Assembly: GCA_020429745.1 (NCBI GenBank)
Contig: JAGQKZ010000002.1
Coordinates: forward strand, 1-52,015
Reading direction: 5' to 3'
Source: a candidate division WWE3 bacterium
GTDB taxonomy: Bacteria > Patescibacteriota > 4484-211 > GCA-002791395
DNA: 52,015 bases
The notes below the pieces were generated by a model. The model had not been told where the DNA came from, did no database searches, and saw only the letters and a list, made by a program, of their open reading frames with translations. Below are positions 33,801 through 41,667 of this stretch, one piece after another. Both the position numbers and the translations under genes were made by a program. Each line of letters opens with the position of its first letter. Position 1 is the first letter of the stretch.

Positions 33801-36455
33801 AAGATCGATCAGCCCTACGCCCGTTGTAATGCGATTAACGAAGCCCGAGATATCGCTATTGCTTGCGTCCTTTATCGTGTAGTAGATAGCGTCGCCGCTC
33901 GGGGTGCTGCTGTTGGTGAGCAGGTTGCCCCATTTGTAGAGGCTTCCGGAGAGGGCGATGGGATCGATTGGTGATGCCGTCTCAGATGTCGATGTAGTTG
34001 GGTAACCAAATTTACTCAACCCGTTGGTAAGGGTCGGTATATAAACGTGCCAGTTTGTGCCGTCAAAGCTGCTTGCTGGATCTCGGATGCCCCAGTGACC
34101 AAGAGGAGGATCGATAACGGTCCAGTTAACACCCTTGTCAAAAGACTCCCATATCAGCGTAGTGGTGATGATCTGCGAACCCCATGCACCGATCAGGTGT
34201 GTTTCGTCGGTGGGATCTATCGCCAATCCTAAGCTATCGTACATGTATGGAGACTCGCTTACCGCTGAGAACGTCCCCGGGTTACCCGAATTTTCTGAGC
34301 GATAGAGTCCTGAGTTGGCTGATTGAACGGCATAAACGAAGCTGGTGTTTGATGGGGCAACGTATATCCCCCTTATATCCGAAACGGGTGTGAGTACACT
34401 CGTCCAGTTCGCCCCGCCGTCGGTTGAACGGTAAACACCGTCGCTGTTAACCGGGACAAAGACGATATCCTCGTCGGTTGGGTCGATACCCATGTAATTT
34501 CGTACGTTGCTAACGTTGAAGGGGAAACTAACGGCGGTAATGCTCCAGGAGTCGCCGCCATCGTCAGACCGGTAGATTCCGTCGCCCCTGTTGGAGGCGT
34601 ACAAAACGTCAGGGTTAGAACGGCTTATGGTGATGCGATCGATCTGTAGATCGGGAAATCCGGCGTTTTTTTCGTTCCACGAATCACCACCGTCGGTTGA
34701 TTTATAAACTCCTTGGTCGTACGCCCTTAAGTAAACGGTTTCATCGTCCATCGGGTCGATGATTATTTCGCCTTTAAATGGTGCGTTTGGAAGGGTGGTA
34801 AAGGTATCCCCACCGTCGGTTGATTTAAGGAAGTTGTCGATACCGTTGTCGGAGGTAATGTAAACAACGTCAGAATCCTGTTGACTTACCGCTGCCGTTT
34901 CGGCGCCGTAACCTTTTAAGTCTGTCACGATACCGCTGAATGTGTCTGCGTAATCGGTGGATCTTAATATGGGAGTGGTGCCTCTTGTGTAGTAGTTTGT
35001 TGTGTAAACTACGCCGCTCACAGTAGGATCGGCTTTAAATAAAAGATGCGAGTAGACTGGACTCATTGTTGTAAGTGGGTAGTTGTTCCAGGTCGATCCT
35101 CCGTTTACGGTGTTGTAGATCCCGCCACCACCACCAGGAGTCCCGTATACAACACCCGCTGCAGTTGATTCCTGTTGCATGCGCCAGAAGCGCACCCCAG
35201 GAAGCGACAAGGTCCAGTTCTCGCCGTGATCGGTTGTTTTATAGATAGCGGTTACGCCATACATTGAGGCGTAGGCGGTGTCGGGATCCACCGCGTCGAA
35301 GGCTATGCCAAGACTTTGTGTAACCGGAAGACCGGTGTTGGTTGCGGCGTACCAGGTTGCTCCTGCGTTGTCGGAGAACATCACCCTGTTTGATGTCGTT
35401 TCGCTTGCGGCGATGGCGTAGTTTGGCGAATTTGGATGAAACTTGACCTCTCTATATGAGCTGTTTGAAACCGTGGAGAAACTAACACCGTAGTTTGTTG
35501 ATCTTTGTATGGTTCCATACGTGGCGATAAGCATAATGCTCGGATCGTCAGGTTTATGGACGATATCCCAAACGTAGCTGAAGGCTGATGTGGAGGATTT
35601 TGTCCAGGTGACCCCCAGGTTGTCGGTGTAATACACGGCATTGATGTTGGCAATGAAGATTCGTATTGGGGAGGTAGGTAGAATATGGGCTTCCATGATG
35701 TTCTTTTCTTCCACCGGAAAGTCATGGGTGATCTCCGTCCACGTGGCGCCAGTGTCGTAAGTGATAAAGATGTGATTGTTGCATCCCAGCACTAGATTTG
35801 TCGGATCGAGAGGATTTATATCCAGCGCGTAAACGTAACATCCAGGAAGTTGCTCCATACCGGTGTCGATTAGGCGTCGCTGTGACTTCAAACTGTTGTT
35901 TCCGGTGTCGACGAGTGTGTTAGTGTTTGTCTCGAACTCCGCGGTCGTGTCCTGTTCCCAGAAGTGAGCGGCTATATCCGAGGTGAAGGTGAGTAAAACA
36001 TCGGTGACGTTACAGTCCGTGCCTTCTAAGTCAGCAACCGGGGAGTAGGTCCAGGTCGATTGATCATCGTTTGAGTACGTGACCGTTATGCCAAGCGGGA
36101 GATTGTCTTCCGTCGAGCCGACAACGTAGCATGTGCCGTCGGGAATAGAGTGGACTCCGGTAGCGTTTTGTGCGTCCTGGTTACCAAGATTTAGAACATT
36201 TATCTCGTAACGGATCTTCTCTCCGATGTTCACCTCGTCCGACTTATTGTCCGAGGTTGCATCGCAGTCGCCGTCTGGTCCGCATGAAAAACCGCTAATC
36301 TCAGCGTTTACGTCCGCGTAGGTGGTATCGATCGCCGTTAAACCACCCTTGCGAGCGGTGTAAAAGCTTATGCCCATTAAAACAACCACACCGATCAATA
36401 CTGCGGTGAACGTAAGCAGCTTTATTTGGTATTTTTCCCACCGCGGGCGGGGCAT
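30900..36455 (-). CDS. giant (1851 aa) surface protein: BNR/Asp-box beta-propeller repeats, four tandem Ig-like repeats, Pro/Thr linker, multi-pass C-terminus with two transthyretin-like domains
   Basis: At least 10 Asp-box motifs (STDGGDTF, STDGGDSW, SDDGGDSW, STDGGANW, TTDHGENW, etc.) between residues ~233-785. Four ~93-aa repeats at residues 977-1345. PT-rich residues 1443-1490. Modules TM-KKRKPWGVV...GRYQFLVKPGTYTIKV and TM-KSRHAWGVV...GRYSFLVQEGTYKINV. Confidence 0.9.
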   Translation of the reverse strand: MPRPRWEKYQIKLLTFTAVLIGVVVLMGISFYTARKGGLTAIDTTYADVNAEISGFSCGPDGDCDATSDNKSDEVNIGEKIRYEINVLNLGNQDAQNATGVHSIPDGTCYVVGSTEDNLPLGITVTYSNDDQSTWTYSPVADLEGTDCNVTDVLLTFTSDIAAHFWEQDTTAEFETNTNTLVDTGNNSLKSQRRLIDTGMEQLPGCYVYALDINPLDPTNLVLGCNNHIFITYDTGATWTEITHDFPVEEKNIMEAHILPTSPIRIFIANINAVYYTDNLGVTWTKSSTSAFSYVWDIVHKPDDPSIMLIATYGTIQRSTNYGVSFSTVSNSSYREVKFHPNSPNYAIAASETTSNRVMFSDNAGATWYAATNTGLPVTQSLGIAFDAVDPDTAYASMYGVTAIYKTTDHGENWTLSLPGVRFWRMQQESTAAGVVYGTPGGGGGIYNTVNGGSTWNNYPLTTMSPVYSHLLFKADPTVSGVVYTTNYYTRGTTPILRSTDYADTFSGIVTDLKGYGAETAAVSQQDSDVVYITSDNGIDNFLKSTDGGDTFTTLPNAPFKGEIIIDPMDDETVYLRAYDQGVYKSTDGGDSWNEKNAGFPDLQIDRITISRSNPDVLYASNRGDGIYRSDDGGDSWSITAVSFPFNVSNVRNYMGIDPTDEDIVFVPVNSDGVYRSTDGGANWTSVLTPVSDIRGIYVAPSNTSFVYAVQSANSGLYRSENSGNPGTFSAVSESPYMYDSLGLAIDPTDETHLIGAWGSQIITTTLIWESFDKGVNWTVIDPPLGHWGIRDPASSFDGTNWHVYIPTLTNGLSKFGYPTTSTSETASPIDPIALSGSLYKWGNLLTNSSTPSGDAIYYTIKDASNSDISGFVNRITTGVGLIDLSSLSTTTYSTINLQTTLTSGDNWTTPTVLDWSVTYATNPSTVTIETVVQDSATTLSDISGTVLATTSTGEASTSNNSDTYVLTINQAPETSVVISGDATYTNTRLVSIDFTTTDESPSTLQMRLSENASFSGSSWQTYLDPAPFTLGSTNTSHTVYAQLKDDAGNLSNVTSDLITLDTVSAVGGIAINDGQIQTADPNVTLQLTALDSLSGVEDMKISTKSSFAGAVWESFVSEKSYALSDPDGVKTFYVKFRDNALNVSPTYSASIIFDRNGPTGTFMINNGNEYTPSVNVTLTFDVYDISGVDKIKASLNPDLSGASWNDYTASNTFSLLNEKGKQTVYVRLLDKAGNESTTMNDDITLDQDAPTGSVVINGGDSYTNTRVVTLTLQSMDVQDVTQMQLSEDESFNGADWISFATVQSYTLTNKDGKKTVYTRFKDGSGNVSKSYNDTIILDTKGPDMELTAITTIAYSDSFSTYYYVGSNPRFIGTGETNLTVDLYVDGANKKSVNSSSKTRWEILQTLSPGTYEIKLIGYDLAGNAKTYTLSLVVGLSEEAVLPPTITPTPEPTISPAPTREPSSPTTPTPQSSSNTSTPPSPKPTDPVAPKSTDSFLEKTSANLRQLTKDILSAVIQLGSKSVIVARSLANESSNSTAAVTVAAATFVAPITAGLIPPVAAAIQFTSIWHLPGLLLGLIIKKRKPWGVVYDVVTKQPLDPALVTLVDENGETAQTLTDIFGRYQFLVKPGTYTIKVDKANYNFPPSSEKFHNLNNDPVYSDVYTGQRIYIGKDSTILHNIPLEPVKADWNQAEKDRIGIRHDSPILRVIPAIARILFAASMLWAVVAFLLVSSIPNTIVLCFFIVVLGVKIIVKSRHAWGVVKNNKTAISDAVVRLVNPNVPMMQYPPVVTDKTGRYSFLVQEGTYKINVEVKDPAGGYRKIYEGEPIKISKKYDTIKRRIKVPRLSIMAS
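32421..33527 (-). repeat. four tandem ~93-codon Ig-like domain repeats inside the giant gene
   Basis: Repeats begin V(V)ISGDATYTNT, IAINDGQIQTAD, FMINNGNEYTPS and VVINGGDSYTNT. Each carries the pattern F.G..W......Y.L....G.KTVY.....D.AGN.S......I.LD. They are diverged at the DNA level. Confidence 0.8.
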
Positions 36456-36544
36456 CTTTACTAATTGTATCGTTTAGATTGTTATGTGTTAAGGCTTATT
36501 GAAGTCGTTAAATACTTGGAATACTCTTAGTATAAGTTAGGGAG

Positions 36545-37117
36545 ATGCTGAGATTTAAGTCGTTTATTAAAAGACACCGGTTGTTCGTAGTTTTGCTTTC
36601 CATCGTGCTGTTTTTTGTATTCCTGTTTGAGTTATTATCCTGGGTTTGTTTGCCGGGCTTTAAGAACAGAGTCTATACACAGCTGCCAACGTGTTACGAC
36701 CTTATTAAGTACAGTATATCGACTGAGGCCGCATTAAACTATGGCTGGGGTAGCAACCCTTCGGACCCGTCTGCGTCTGAGTTTGTTGACGTTGAAAATG
36801 TTTTGGCAAGCGGGAACGTATATTACATCGGTAGGAACGTTCTACATGCTAACGGTCGTGCATGTTATCCATACGTGTTCATTGCGGACGATATGCCGAC
36901 TATGGCGACGAGGTACGTAGAGGCGCACGAGGCATTTCATATCTTGGGTGTTAGATCCGAGACACAGGCTAACTACAAGGCGGCGTTGATAGAACCGCTA
37001 GGGATGGTCCAAGTGGTGTTTATTAGTGTTTTTGGTAATCTCAAGCTTGTGGATTTACCCTGTCGTCTGGGTGTTTCGTGGCTATTATTTAAGGCGTACT
37101 TCTTGTGGGGGTTGTAG
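36545..37117 (+). CDS. membrane-anchored hypothetical protein with an HExxH motif
   Basis: N-terminal TM helix LFVVLLSIVLFFVFLFELLSWV. HEAFH motif (VEAHEAFHILG). ATG lies 8 nt after TATAAG 36531-36536. Confidence 0.6.
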   Translation: MLRFKSFIKRHRLFVVLLSIVLFFVFLFELLSWVCLPGFKNRVYTQLPTCYDLIKYSISTEAALNYGWGSNPSDPSASEFVDVENVLASGNVYYIGRNVLHANGRACYPYVFIADDMPTMATRYVEAHEAFHILGVRSETQANYKAALIEPLGMVQVVFISVFGNLKLVDLPCRLGVSWLLFKAYFLWGL

Positions 37118-37121
37118 TTTG

Positions 37122-37161
37122 AAGGACAGCCTTAAGGGTTTAAGTACACCAGGCTGTCCTT
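37122..37161. terminator. stem-loop between convergent genes
   Basis: A 10-bp perfect stem AAGGACAGCC / GGCTGTCCTT (37122-37131, 37152-37161) with a 20-nt loop. Confidence 0.5.
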
Positions 37162-37163
37162 GT

Positions 37164-37367
37164 TTAATGGTGCGTTTTATTTCGGTGCTCTGCGTCCTCT
37201 CCCTTTGTCGCTTCGCGCCAGTGACGATAGCCGTCAGCGGTGCAATAGATTCTACCCGCGTCGCCTTTGTATCTTGGTGGTTCGTACTTCAAATTTGAGG
37301 TGACACTACTTGGGCACTGCGGGCACTGGTCGCCAACCTTAGCAGATGCGATCAACGTTCCAGCCAT
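37164..37367 (-). CDS. small hypothetical protein (67 aa, CPQC motif)
   Basis: SD GGGAGGT 7 nt upstream of ATG 37367. An extended -10 TGTTATACT lies ~45 nt upstream. Only three Cys residues. Confidence 0.45.
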   Translation of the reverse strand: MAGTLIASAKVGDQCPQCPSSVTSNLKYEPPRYKGDAGRIYCTADGYRHWREATKGEDAEHRNKTHH

Positions 37368-37443
37368 ACTAGTTACCTCCCTTGGTTAAGATTGCTCAAT
37401 TCGACCAGTTGCAGTATAACACTCGGATATAGGTTTTGTTTGA

Positions 37444-37935
37444 TCAGCCGAGGATCGGAAATCTTCGTACAATCTTTGTTGACGTCCACCACTTTCCCAA
37501 TCCCCAATATTCACCGGCACGGGAGACGTACAAGATAAGGAGGCATAGGATGTAGATGAGGTGTTCATCGACAAGGGGATTGTTGGCGGGAGGGAATCTC
37601 GAGAGGTAGATTAAGAGTATCAGTAATACACCGGATACGGTAGCGATCTGCATGCCAATACCAAGTGTTAACGCCGATCCAACGCCAAACATGCCGAGTA
37701 CAAAGAGGTAGTCGACGATCACCAGCCCGCTTAGCGACTTAAAGATATCGGCAAACACCCCGTTTGTACCGTATGTTAAAAAACCACCGGTTGGCGAGAC
37801 ACCAACGAGCCATGACTTATTCGGCGAGGTTGCAAAACCAAGCCCAAACATCTTGTCTAGAAACGTCCACAAAAAGATAAAGCCCAAGGTTATGCGTAGT
37901 ATGGCGAGCAGTCGCCAAGCGGATTGTTCGCTCAT
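37444..37935 (-). CDS. DoxX-family membrane protein
   Basis: LLAILRITLGFIFLWTFLDK and four TM helices, typical of DoxX. ATG lies 6 nt after TATACT (rc of 37942-37947). Confidence 0.78.
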   Translation of the reverse strand: MSEQSAWRLLAILRITLGFIFLWTFLDKMFGLGFATSPNKSWLVGVSPTGGFLTYGTNGVFADIFKSLSGLVIVDYLFVLGMFGVGSALTLGIGMQIATVSGVLLILLIYLSRFPPANNPLVDEHLIYILCLLILYVSRAGEYWGLGKWWTSTKIVRRFPILG

Positions 37936-37964
37936 GCGTTTAGTATATCAGTCGCAGCCTTTTT

Positions 37965-38837
37965 CTAGGTGACAGGTGTGGGTGAAGGTGGTTGTTGCGG
38001 CGGAACTAACTCGGGCCTGAATCGTAGTAATTTAATAAGCGACTTGAAGAACAGGTAACCGCCATAAATCACGGGACCCCACATTATGTAGTAGGTGGAG
38101 CCTGGGAGGAAAAGTAGAGTAACTAGTGTGATCAAAAATCCGGCAAAGATTGCCAGGGCACCGTTTCTCATGCCTTTGAACAACGCCTTGCGCCCGATCC
38201 CGTCCAGTGTGTAGGTGTCGCTTTGCTTCATATACAGGATCTGTGTTACGAGCAATAAGATTAACCCGACGATTAAACCGACTACGTAAAGTAAGAAGGT
38301 TGTCTGCGCGCTGCTGTAAAGGTCGTTAAGCTTCGGGTAGAGGTTGTTGTAGTAAAGGGCGTAACCTGCATCCAGCGAGTCTACTCCACTTGTTGCCAGG
38401 GCGTTGATCTTGGTGGCGTCGGTTTCGTTGGCAGCTAGACCAAGGGTAGTGATACCTTCAAGTATCTTGGCTGATGCATCTGCGGCGGTGTTGAAGATGT
38501 CGATCTCCTGGTCTGTTGCATCGGGGTAATTTAGTCCATCAAGATATAAACGGTTACTATCTTCGAAATAGTCCTTATTTTCGAGTAGGTACTTTACCGC
38601 CTGATCGAACTTTGATTCGTCCAGATACTGACCGGCTGTCTCTAAGATATTGAAGTCTTGTTCAACCCGAGCGATAAAGTTTTCCGCGTAGTCATCGATA
38701 CTTTGCGCTGAAATCAGAACTGGGGTAAAAAAGGCGTTAAGGAGAAGTAACGAAATAATGATAACCTTGATGTATCTCACTGCTATCTGAAGTTTACTAG
38801 TTTGATTGGGCCTATGCAACAGGACTGACAACGACAA
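37965..38837 (-). CDS. hypothetical membrane protein (N-terminal anchor, helical ectodomain, 3 C-terminal TM helices)
   Basis: 290-aa ORF. The start is uncertain (TTG at 38837). Pro-rich C-terminus. Confidence 0.6.
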   Translation of the reverse strand: MSLSVLLHRPNQTSKLQIAVRYIKVIIISLLLLNAFFTPVLISAQSIDDYAENFIARVEQDFNILETAGQYLDESKFDQAVKYLLENKDYFEDSNRLYLDGLNYPDATDQEIDIFNTAADASAKILEGITTLGLAANETDATKINALATSGVDSLDAGYALYYNNLYPKLNDLYSSAQTTFLLYVVGLIVGLILLLVTQILYMKQSDTYTLDGIGRKALFKGMRNGALAIFAGFLITLVTLLFLPGSTYYIMWGPVIYGGYLFFKSLIKLLRFRPELVPPQQPPSPTPVT

Positions 38838-38924
38838 GCCATTAGGCGCCAGGGATTTATTTATAACCCGACACTATGTCGCTAGCACAATTTTGTGTTC
38901 GTAGTGTTTTTACAATTGGGATAC

Positions 38925-39479
38925 CTATCCAGCCCAATTTGTAAGAACACCGTTTTCGCTAATTGGCGGGTTGTATTCTTTAAAAACAAGGTTATTGGCC
39001 GTCACGATATTGGAGAACTCCTTGTTGTAGCATTGGGGGCACAACCACTCGCCCGATACTGCGCCTGGATTGTTCGCGAGCGTATCTATTCCATAGTAAT
39101 CGCCAACCTCTACACTAAAGTACTGCCCACTCTTATTGCATCTACTGCACTTGGAGTTTGTGGCTAGCAGTTGTTTAACCTTTTCGATGTAGTCAGCCTC
39201 GAAGTTGTATTCTTTAAGTATGCTGACCACATAGAAGTGGTAGTATTCAACAGGTCCACTTCTCTTTTGAGCCTTTGTAAAAGGTTTGAGAACAAGCGCT
39301 TTGTGCGGATAGCTAACAATATACGATTCCGCTTTATGCAAAAAACACCCTTGGCAAAGAAAAAGTTGTTCTTTGGGGTGGGTAGCGAAGTCATGCGTAT
39401 TGATAAAAGTATAAATCTCCGACTTCGGCGTTTCGACGGCACAGATATCACACCTTTTAGTTTTGCTAAATAGTGACAT
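38925..39479 (-). CDS. zinc-ribbon protein with four CxxC pairs
   Basis: CDIC, CQGC, CSRC and CPQC pairs. ATG lies 6 nt after GATAAT (rc of 39486-39491). Confidence 0.7.
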   Translation of the reverse strand: MSLFSKTKRCDICAVETPKSEIYTFINTHDFATHPKEQLFLCQGCFLHKAESYIVSYPHKALVLKPFTKAQKRSGPVEYYHFYVVSILKEYNFEADYIEKVKQLLATNSKCSRCNKSGQYFSVEVGDYYGIDTLANNPGAVSGEWLCPQCYNKEFSNIVTANNLVFKEYNPPISENGVLTNWAG

Positions 39480-39778
39480 AGCGCCATTATCCGTTGGTGT
39501 AGGCTAACTTGCAAGTGGTATTACTGGTCTGACAAAATGAAAATATGGTAGTTTCGCGTACGCGAACTGAAGTTGCGACTGACTCTTCCAACACAAGAGA
39601 GGTTGTTGCCGTCCACGAGTTGCAGGAGAGTACCCGCGAGTTACCCAAGATCGGACTTGAGATAGAGGTTCCAGGGATTACCGACAGATGATGAAAGCGT
39701 CTATAGAGAAAGGGCTGTGGTTGAGCTATTTATATCAGGCATGCGGTACGCCCCCTCCGAAGAGTAGGCGGTCAAACG

Positions 39779-40342
39779 TTAGTCCAGTGGAAAGTAGTCA
39801 TTGAGGAAATCTTTGACCTTATTGTAAAGATCGTCCTCTTTAGCATTATTCACAATCTTTACGTCGTGCATGCCGATTACTGTATCGAGATGCTGAGCGA
39901 ACACATCGTAGTTGCCACTTTCGAACGATTCCTGTTCGAGAAAGGTTTTAAAGTTGAGTTTGTCCCTCGTTGAATCGCGATCCTTGATGCGTTTGTAACG
40001 ATTCTTTGCCGACGCAGTTACGTAGAGAATCACTCCGTGTGTTGCTTTGATGGCGCGAACCTCATCCGGATGGCGAAGTCCGCTGATGACCAGTCTTTCG
40101 TTATTATTTCGCAGCGCCTCCTTAACTAAAAATCGCGTGCCATGTTTTTTGCGAAGATCGATCCCTACCTTTTGCTGAAGCTTGCGGTCCCCCTCCGACC
40201 CATTAAGCTTTATCGTGTATTCTCTGACAATATTTCCGGTAGAGACATGTTTGAAGTTGTGTTCATTCTCGAGGTGTTTCGCGATTGTCCCTTTTCCTGC
40301 GCCGTTTTCTCCCACCAGGCCTATGATCATGCGTACGTTCAT
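39779..40342 (-). CDS. P-loop nucleotide/nucleoside kinase-like protein
   Basis: GLVGENGAGKGT Walker A at the N-terminus, ~185 aa, with size and layout of dNMP/adenylate/dephospho-CoA kinase-like proteins. ATG lies 6 nt after TATACT (rc of 40349-40354). Confidence 0.75.
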   Translation of the reverse strand: MNVRMIIGLVGENGAGKGTIAKHLENEHNFKHVSTGNIVREYTIKLNGSEGDRKLQQKVGIDLRKKHGTRFLVKEALRNNNERLVISGLRHPDEVRAIKATHGVILYVTASAKNRYKRIKDRDSTRDKLNFKTFLEQESFESGNYDVFAQHLDTVIGMHDVKIVNNAKEDDLYNKVKDFLNDYFPLD

Positions 40343-40414
40343 TGGGGGAGTATAGCAAAACAGTATCTGATATGTAAGAACCCGTGGTGATTCCTACAGG
40401 TGTATGATTGAATT

Positions 40415-40591
40415 ATGTCGCGGAAAACCTTGATCTTTATCTTTATGTTCACGTTTAGTAGTATCGGTGGATTTATTCCAATGATCTGGGGCGGATCTTT
40501 GCTCTCGTTGTCTGGGGTTCTGCTAAGTGGTGTAGGTGGATTGTTGGGGGTCTATATCGGCTACAAGCTTGGCAGTTACCTAGGGCTCTAA
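40415..40591 (+). CDS. 58-aa Gly-rich two-TM membrane peptide (below the ORF-track cutoff)
   Basis: Hand translation gives MSRKTLIFIFMFTFSSIGGFIPMIWGGSLLSLSGVLLSGVGGLLGVYIGYKLGSYLGL. ATG lies 6 nt after TATGAT 40403-40408, matching the leaderless pattern seen across this window. Confidence 0.5.
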   Translation: MSRKTLIFIFMFTFSSIGGFIPMIWGGSLLSLSGVLLSGVGGLLGVYIGYKLGSYLGL

Positions 40592-40597
40592 TATAAA

Positions 40598-40672
40598 TGG
40601 TGCCCTTGGCGGGAATCGAACCCACAGCGGTGGTTCCGGAAACCACTGTTTTATCCGTTAAACTACAAGGGC
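40598..40672 (-). tRNA. tRNA-Arg (anticodon CCG), CCA encoded
   Basis: The reverse complement folds as a cloverleaf: acceptor GCCCTTG/CAAGGGC, D stem GTTT/AAAC, anticodon stem GTGGT/ACCAC with loop TTCCGGA, T arm GTGGG-TTCGATT-CCCGC, and 3' ACCA. Confidence 0.9.
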
Positions 40673-40704
40673 GTAGTCATGAAGTATTATAATAGATAAC
40701 GCAT

Positions 40705-41238
40705 ATGTCCGGGCACAGCAAATGGCACAAGGTAAAGCATCAAAAAGCTGCCAAAGACCCAAAAAAGAGCAAGGCTTTTAGTCTGCACGCTAGGTTGATT
40801 CAGGTCGCTGTTAAGTCCGGCGGTCCTGATCCTGATATGAACCCGGCCTTGCGTAAGGCGATCGACGATGCCAAGGCGATTAATCTTCCCAAGGAGAATA
40901 TCCAGCGTGCGATAAATAAAGGTGCCGGCATCGGTAATGAAGGGGCGATGGAGACCTTTACACTTGAAGGTTACGGGCCCGGCGGTGTTGCGGTTATGCT
41001 TACGGTTACGACCGATAATCGCAATCGCACGGTGGCTGAGGTGCGTAAAGCGTTTAAAGATAGTGGTGGAAGTCTTGGAGAACCCGGAAGTGCCGCGTTT
41101 GTGTTTGGGTCAGATCCTGACAATCCTCAATATAAGACGCCGATCTCGGACGCACATCAACTGCAACAGTTCGAAGACCTGGTTGATGAGCTAGACAGCA
41201 ACGAGGACGTCGACGATCTAGTTCACAATCTGGGTTAG
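40705..41238 (+). CDS. YebC/PmpR-family protein, shortened form (177 aa)
   Basis: MSGHSKWHKVKHQKAAKD...NPALRKAIDDAK...LEGYGPGGVAVML...DNRNRTVAEVR is the canonical YebC N-terminus and core. About 60-70 residues of the usual C-terminal subdomain are missing. Confidence 0.88.
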   Translation: MSGHSKWHKVKHQKAAKDPKKSKAFSLHARLIQVAVKSGGPDPDMNPALRKAIDDAKAINLPKENIQRAINKGAGIGNEGAMETFTLEGYGPGGVAVMLTVTTDNRNRTVAEVRKAFKDSGGSLGEPGSAAFVFGSDPDNPQYKTPISDAHQLQQFEDLVDELDSNEDVDDLVHNLG

Positions 41239-41439
41239 CTCGTTATGAATGTGAAAAGTTATAATTATTGAAGGTTGAGATTGTTAGGATAGTTTAGATG
41301 GTTGTAAAGTTTCAAGGTATCTATACTTGTTACACTTCACTAGTCGCGCATCACACTTTCCCATTTCCCGATTACTAGTTACGCATTCCAAGTTCTTCAT
41401 CACTGATCACAGTTCACCCTTTTGTTATAAAATCAGGTT

Positions 41440-41667
41440 ATGCATATCGACGATATTTACGAGGAATACCCCGATAAGTGGGTGCTCGTTAGGGTTACAA
41501 AAGAGGATGAGATTGGTGAGGTTGTGGAAGGAGAGGTGCTTTTTGTAAGTGACGATCGAGATGAGATGTATAAGGCGATCGCGAATGTTGAAGGCGGGTC
41601 AACGGTTGCAACCTTATACACAGGCGAAATTCTTAGCGAAGGTCAGTCGTTTGCATTCAAGTCATGA
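41440..41667 (+). CDS. small protein (75 aa), DUF5678-like, coupled to the aspartic protease gene
   Basis: YPDKWVLVRV...GEVVEGEVLFVSDDRDEMYKAI resembles the small partner proteins found upstream of retropepsin-like genes. ATG lies 8 nt after TATAAA 41426-41431. Its stop overlaps the next ATG (ATGA). Confidence 0.6.
   Translation: MHIDDIYEEYPDKWVLVRVTKEDEIGEVVEGEVLFVSDDRDEMYKAIANVEGGSTVATLYTGEILSEGQSFAFKS

Noticed and set aside
31201-35725. Numerous 60-190-aa ORFs on both strands inside the 1851-aa gene
   Set aside because: They are all nested in a single long ORF with clear repeat and domain structure. They have low-complexity antisense-type composition.
39537-39551. Exact 15-nt repeat ATGAAAATATGGTAG, also present at 51636-51650
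   Set aside because: A rough estimate gives about one chance 15-mer match expected in a 52-kb AT-leaning window when both strands are considered. The second copy is explained as the -10 region and start codon of the ABC-F gene. There is no extended similarity in the flanks.
39545-39691. 48-codon plus-strand ORF in the 299-bp intergenic gap as a real gene
   Set aside because: There is only a weak -10-like CAAAAT and no SD. It would be antisense to the local transcription direction, and its composition is unremarkable. It is kept only as a note inside the intergenic-region finding.
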